Shown here in pieces: positions 59,553-64,000 of a DNA stretch of 64,000 nt. The stretch lies in NCBI GenBank assembly GCA_902490005.1, contig CABUCM010000009.1:5834-69833 (forward strand). The letters are read 5' to 3'. Source of the DNA: an uncultured Ruminiclostridium sp. (lineage in GTDB: Bacteria; Bacillota; Clostridia; Oscillospirales; Acutalibacteraceae). Under the pieces are notes generated by a model that had not been told where the DNA came from, made no database searches, and saw nothing but the letters and a program-made list of their open reading frames with translations. The position numbers were made by a program, and so were the translations under genes. The stretch's first letter is position 1. Each line of letters opens with the position of its first letter.

Positions 59553-61547
59553 ATGAGGTTTATCGGCGGCAAAACGTTACTGCTTAATCAAATCAAACAG
59601 GTCGTTCGGGAAAACACGGATGGGACGGAACGGGTGTTCTGCGATATATTTTCCGGCACCGGCACGGTAGCGCGGTATTTTAAACCGGACTATGAGATCC
59701 TTTCCAACGACCTACTTCATTTTTCCTATGTGATTCAAAAGGCCACCATTGAAAATAACAGCGCCCCAAAATTCTCCAAGCTGAAGCAGATCGGCATTTT
59801 AGACCCCTTTACGTTTTTAGAGGAGACGAGGATTCCCGATTTTCAGGCGGATCCGGAGCAATTTTTCATTACCCGGCATTATTCCCCTAACGAGGGGTGC
59901 GATCGAATGTACCTGTCGCCTCAGAACGCCAAAAGGATCGATTTTATCCGGAACACCATCGAATCCTGGAGAACCGCGGGCCTGCTGAACGAAAACGAGT
60001 ATTACTACCTTTTGGCCGGGCTGATCGAGGGCGTGCCCTTTGTTTCCAATATCACCGGCACCTACGGCGCTTATTTAAAGCAGTGGGACAAAAGGGCCTA
60101 TAAGGATTTTAGCATGATCCGCCTGGAGGTGGTGGATAACGGATATCAAAACCATTGCTTCAACCAGGATTCCAACCAGTTGATCCGGGAGATCGAAGGA
60201 GATATTCTATACCTGGACCCCCCTTATAACAGCAGGCAGTACGCCCCCAATTATCACCTGCTGGAAACCATTTCCCGTTACGACCGGCCCGAGATTTCCG
60301 GGGTGACGGGTATGCGCCCCTATGAGGATCAGAAATCCTCCTTTTGCGTGAAAAGCCAGGTGTCAGAGGCATTTGAGGAGCTGGTTGACCGGGCAAAATT
60401 CGACCACCTTGTGCTGAGCTACAGCACCGAGGGCCTGATGTCCGCCCAGGAAATTGAACGGGTGCTGAAAAAACGGGGACTGGAAAGCAGCTATCGAAGA
60501 TATGACATCCCCTATAAAAAGTACAAAAGCAAAATTCCCAGCGGGGAGAACGAGCTGAAGGAATACATTTTTTACGTCCGGAAAAAAATCCGGCATACCA
60601 GGGTGTTTCAGGTTCGGGCCAATCCACCGCGCAATAAGGCGGCGGCCACCAAAAAATATCTGAAAAGCCCCTTGAATTACATCGGGGGAAAATATAAGCT
60701 GCTGCCCCAGATCATGCCGCTGTTTCCCAAGGAGATTTCCACCTTTGTGGATTTGTTTTCCGGCGGCGCCAACGTGGCCATCAATGTTTCGGCGGACCGG
60801 ATTGTGTGCAACGATATCAATTCCAAAATTATCGGGCTGTTCCGGGCGCTTCAGACCACGGATTTGGAAACCATTCTGCGTAGAATCGACTGTAATATTG
60901 AAAAGTATCAGCTTTCCAAGGAAAACCAGCGGGGCTTTCTGAAATTCCGCGAGGATTATAACCGCACCGGGGACCCTATCGATCTTTATACCCTGACCTG
61001 CTTTTCCTTTAATTATCAGTTCCGGTTCAATAACCAGCTGGAATATAACAATCCCTTTGGCCGGAACCGGAGCCAGTTTTCCCAGCAGATGCGGAGCAAC
61101 CTAATTGCTTTCGTGGAAAAGCTGCAAAGCAGCCCGATATTTTTTGAGAACATGGACTTTACCCAGTTTACCCTGGAGGGCCTGGGCCCTCAGGATATGA
61201 TTTACTGCGACCCGCCGTATTTAATCACCACCGGTTCCTATAACGACGGCAACCGGGGGTTCCAGGACTGGAACCGGGAAAAAGAGCTTCAGCTGCTGGC
61301 GTTTTTGGACAGGGCCAATGAAAAAAACATTCGGTTTGCCCTTTCCAACGTCATCGAGCATAAGGGGCAAACCAACGAACTGCTTTTAGCCTGGAGCAAG
61401 CGTTATCGTGTGATCGAGTTAACCTCCAGCTATTCCAATTCCAGCTACAACACCCAAAGGGGCAGCAGCAGGGAGGTTTTGATTGTAAATTACGATAAGG
61501 AGGGATTCTATGATTCATCTCATCCACACCGAAGCAAAAAGGTTTAG
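59553..61547 (+). CDS. M.FokI-like bifunctional N6-adenine DNA methyltransferase (two fused Dam-type domains)
   Basis: Two motif sets: FIGGK/DIFSGTG/LDPPY and YIGGK/DLFSGG/CDPPY. Confidence 0.93.
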   Translation: MRFIGGKTLLLNQIKQVVRENTDGTERVFCDIFSGTGTVARYFKPDYEILSNDLLHFSYVIQKATIENNSAPKFSKLKQIGILDPFTFLEETRIPDFQADPEQFFITRHYSPNEGCDRMYLSPQNAKRIDFIRNTIESWRTAGLLNENEYYYLLAGLIEGVPFVSNITGTYGAYLKQWDKRAYKDFSMIRLEVVDNGYQNHCFNQDSNQLIREIEGDILYLDPPYNSRQYAPNYHLLETISRYDRPEISGVTGMRPYEDQKSSFCVKSQVSEAFEELVDRAKFDHLVLSYSTEGLMSAQEIERVLKKRGLESSYRRYDIPYKKYKSKIPSGENELKEYIFYVRKKIRHTRVFQVRANPPRNKAAATKKYLKSPLNYIGGKYKLLPQIMPLFPKEISTFVDLFSGGANVAINVSADRIVCNDINSKIIGLFRALQTTDLETILRRIDCNIEKYQLSKENQRGFLKFREDYNRTGDPIDLYTLTCFSFNYQFRFNNQLEYNNPFGRNRSQFSQQMRSNLIAFVEKLQSSPIFFENMDFTQFTLEGLGPQDMIYCDPPYLITTGSYNDGNRGFQDWNREKELQLLAFLDRANEKNIRFALSNVIEHKGQTNELLLAWSKRYRVIELTSSYSNSSYNTQRGSSREVLIVNYDKEGFYDSSHPHRSKKV

Positions 61548-63282
61548 AACCTTTGGCTGGGTGCAGGACCCCAGCGATTTCCGCAGCCTGTGCGGCGTGG
61601 TGGCCGTTTTTGACGAAAATTCCTCAAAGCATCAGGAGCTTGCCGCCCGGGTGATCCCCAATCTGGTAGAGGAGCGGGATGGGCGGCAGGCCCTGCTGGA
61701 CGCCTTAAACCAGAGACCGCTGAGAATCAAATACGCCCATCTGGTGGGCACCTCTTTCACACCCCGCGGCGCCGCACGGTGCAACGGTATTGTCCAGGCG
61801 GCGGTGAAGGGCCAAGTGCGGCCCTTTATCGGGGACTGGCCGGCGGATAATTTTGTCCGCTGGGCCCAGGCTTTGGGCTTTCTTCAATATGATTATCAGG
61901 ACGACGCTTTTGAGATTACGGAAGCGGGAAAGGCTTTATCCCAAGCAAGGACAACAGGCGATAGCCTGAACCCCAAGGAAAAAGAGCTGCTGACCGCCGC
62001 TGTTTTGGCTTATCCCCCGGCGGTGCGGGTTTTAAGCCTGCTGGCGGAGGGGGAAGGAGCCCATTTGACCAAATTTGAGCTAGGCGGGCAGCTGGGCTTC
62101 GTGGGAGAGGACGGCTTTACCAGCCTGCCTCAAACGGTGCTGGTGCGGTCGCTGGCGGCCTTGGAGAACGCCAAAGATAAAAATAAGATGAAAACGGATT
62201 GGGACGGCTCTTCTGATAAATACGCCCGTATGATTGCCAAATGGCTGGAAAAGCTGGGCCTGGTGGAGCAGGTATCAAAACCGGTGAAGGTAACGCTGGC
62301 GGGGAAGGAATATACGGAATCCATTGGCCAGGCATATCTCATCACCGGGGCTGGGCTTGCCGCCCTGAACCGGACCCTGGGCCGCAGCCGTCACAAGAGG
62401 ATTCCCAAAAACGTTTCCTTCGAGATGATGGCTACCAAGGGGGAGGACAGGGAATACCTGAGGACCAGAAGGACCTATGTGCTGAAGGCGGTGTCCGAAA
62501 GCAGGGGAGCCATATCCTATGCCGATATCAAAAACCGCTTGAAAACGGCGGGGCTGGAGGAGGACGAGGCCACGGTAAAGGACGACGTTCAGGGCCTGAT
62601 TCACATCGGGCTGAATATCGCCGCCGGAGAACGGGAGTGCGCCTGGAAGGACGAGATCAACGACTTTACGCTGCCGCTGCCTAAAGAGCTGTCCAAATCC
62701 GACCTGCTGGAAACCAAGGAGGATCTGCGGAAAACGCTGAAGCATATTTCTCACGGATATTTATCCCTGGTGGATTTGGCTTACGACAGCAAACAAAACC
62801 GCCTGTTTGAAATGAAGGTCATCGAGCTGCTCACCGAGGAATGCGGCTTTCAGGGGCTCCACTTAGGCGGCAGCCGTAAGCCGGATGGCGTGCTGTTTAC
62901 CGCCGGGCTTCTCAATAATTATGGGATCATCATTGACACCAAGGCCTATTCGTCCGGCTACAACCTGCCGATTTCCCAGGCGGACGAAATGGAGCGGTAT
63001 GTCCGGGAAAACCAGACCCGGGATAAAAAGGTGAATCCTAACTGTTGGTGGGAGCATTTTGGCGGGGGTCTGGGGCCGTACTATTTCCTGTTTGTTTCCG
63101 GCCACTTTATTGGAAATTTTCAAACCCAGCTGGAACGGATCAGCCTGAACACCGGCGTCAAGGGAGCGGCAGTGGGCATTTCCCAGCTTCTGCTGCTGGC
63201 GGACGCTGTGCGGGGCGGGGCAAAGGATCTGGAACAATTGGAAACGCAAATGTTCCAGAACAAGGAGTTCCTTTTTTCCTGA
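61510..63282 (+). CDS. FokI-family Type IIS restriction endonuclease
   Basis: RTFGWVQDP N-terminus, SSDKYARMI, catalytic LGGSRKPDG...IIDTKAYS.GYNLPISQADEM; own RBS overlapping the MTase 3' end. Confidence 0.95.
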   Translation: MIHLIHTEAKRFRTFGWVQDPSDFRSLCGVVAVFDENSSKHQELAARVIPNLVEERDGRQALLDALNQRPLRIKYAHLVGTSFTPRGAARCNGIVQAAVKGQVRPFIGDWPADNFVRWAQALGFLQYDYQDDAFEITEAGKALSQARTTGDSLNPKEKELLTAAVLAYPPAVRVLSLLAEGEGAHLTKFELGGQLGFVGEDGFTSLPQTVLVRSLAALENAKDKNKMKTDWDGSSDKYARMIAKWLEKLGLVEQVSKPVKVTLAGKEYTESIGQAYLITGAGLAALNRTLGRSRHKRIPKNVSFEMMATKGEDREYLRTRRTYVLKAVSESRGAISYADIKNRLKTAGLEEDEATVKDDVQGLIHIGLNIAAGERECAWKDEINDFTLPLPKELSKSDLLETKEDLRKTLKHISHGYLSLVDLAYDSKQNRLFEMKVIELLTEECGFQGLHLGGSRKPDGVLFTAGLLNNYGIIIDTKAYSSGYNLPISQADEMERYVRENQTRDKKVNPNCWWEHFGGGLGPYYFLFVSGHFIGNFQTQLERISLNTGVKGAAVGISQLLLLADAVRGGAKDLEQLETQMFQNKEFLFS

Positions 63283-63293
63283 GGAAAAGGGTA

Positions 63294-63333
63294 AAAAGAA
63301 GGACGAAGCCTTAACTGGCTTCGTCCTTCTTTT
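63294..63333. terminator. Bidirectional terminator
   Basis: AAAAGAAGGACGAAGCC/GGCTTCGTCCTTCTTTT. Confidence 0.88.
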
Positions 63334-64000
63334 ATTCGTGATCTGTTTTTTCAGGAAGCTGGGTGGGCTTGACGACCAGCACTTTGTCGATTCTCCGGTT
63401 CTCCACCTGTTCCACGGTAAAGCGGACGTTTTCGATATTCACGGTGGGATGTTCTCCGGGTTTGGGGATATGCCCCAAATGCTCAATGACTAGGCCGGAA
63501 ACCGTATCATAATCACCTTCAGGGAAGGTGACGCCCAGCAAATCGGAAATTTCATCAATGGAGGTGGTGCCGTCAACGGTAAAGGTGTTGTCGTTGACCC
63601 TGCAGATTTCCTCCTCCTCGTTGTCATATTCATCCTGAATGTTGCCCACAATGGCCTCCACCAGGTCCTCCATGGTGACAAGGCCCTCGGTGCCGCCGTA
63701 TTCGTCCACGATGATCGCCATTTGGGTTTTGCTGGCGGTCATTTCCGCGAACAGCTCGCTGCACCGCTTGGTTTCCGGAATGAAACTGGCGCCGCGCATC
63801 ACGTCAGTCAGCTTGGTTTCCTCGGGCATTTGGGAACAAACATATTTTAAAAGGTCTTTTACATAAACGATGCCGACGATGTCGTCCAGGTCCTCATGGT
63901 AAACCGGGATCCGGGAATACCCGCTTTCAATGGAAAGGTTCACCGCCTCAGAGATGGAACTGGTGTCCTCTACCGCCGTCATATCGGTGCGGTGTGTCAT
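63332..64000 (-). CDS. HlyC/CorC-family CBS-domain protein, C-terminal part; begins beyond the right edge
   Basis: YSRIPVY, VDEYGGTEGLVTMEDLVE.IVG.I.DEYD, CorC_HlyC domain. Confidence 0.92.
   Translation of the reverse strand: MTHRTDMTAVEDTSSISEAVNLSIESGYSRIPVYHEDLDDIVGIVYVKDLLKYVCSQMPEETKLTDVMRGASFIPETKRCSELFAEMTASKTQMAIIVDEYGGTEGLVTMEDLVEAIVGNIQDEYDNEEEEICRVNDNTFTVDGTTSIDEISDLLGVTFPEGDYDTVSGLVIEHLGHIPKPGEHPTVNIENVRFTVEQVENRRIDKVLVVKPTQLPEKTDHE

Overview
Chromosomal window from an anaerobic Firmicute, probably Clostridia/Oscillospiraceae (inferred from gene content, sigma-A promoters, a Rex box and a preQ1 riboswitch). 1-29.4 kb is a carbohydrate-catabolism island with a partial GH116 glycosidase, two sugar ABC importers with AraC regulators, three Gfo/Idh/MocA dehydrogenases, a TIM-barrel isomerase/lyase, an unclassified GH42-like protein and three gene relics (ABC permease, eda, kdgK-like). 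It also holds a co-regulated cluster at 17.6-28.8 kb that joins an atypical short glycyl radical enzyme (AACWE / RVWGW motifs) and its activase to genes resembling sulfoglycolysis components: an SqvD/SftI-type isomerase, DUF4867, a YihV-like kinase, a class II aldolase and reductases. This cluster is the best candidate for an undescribed pathway. 29.6-59.4 kb is mostly housekeeping and envelope genes: a Cache-GGDEF-EAL gene split at a G7 tract, two YfhO paralogues, TrkA/TrkA/TrkH, queT with a preQ1-I riboswitch, an HPr-like protein, a phosphohexomutase, a Rex-controlled ADH, exonuclease III, a Gld-like ABC system, YfbR, LCP and Smr. 59.5-63.3 kb is a FokI-family Type IIS restriction-modification system with no controller gene. 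Four GGATG (FokI-site) copies lie in and around its promoter, suggesting self-methylation feedback. No rRNA, tRNA, CRISPR array, transposase or integrase was seen. All family calls come from motif recognition by eye; no searches were run.
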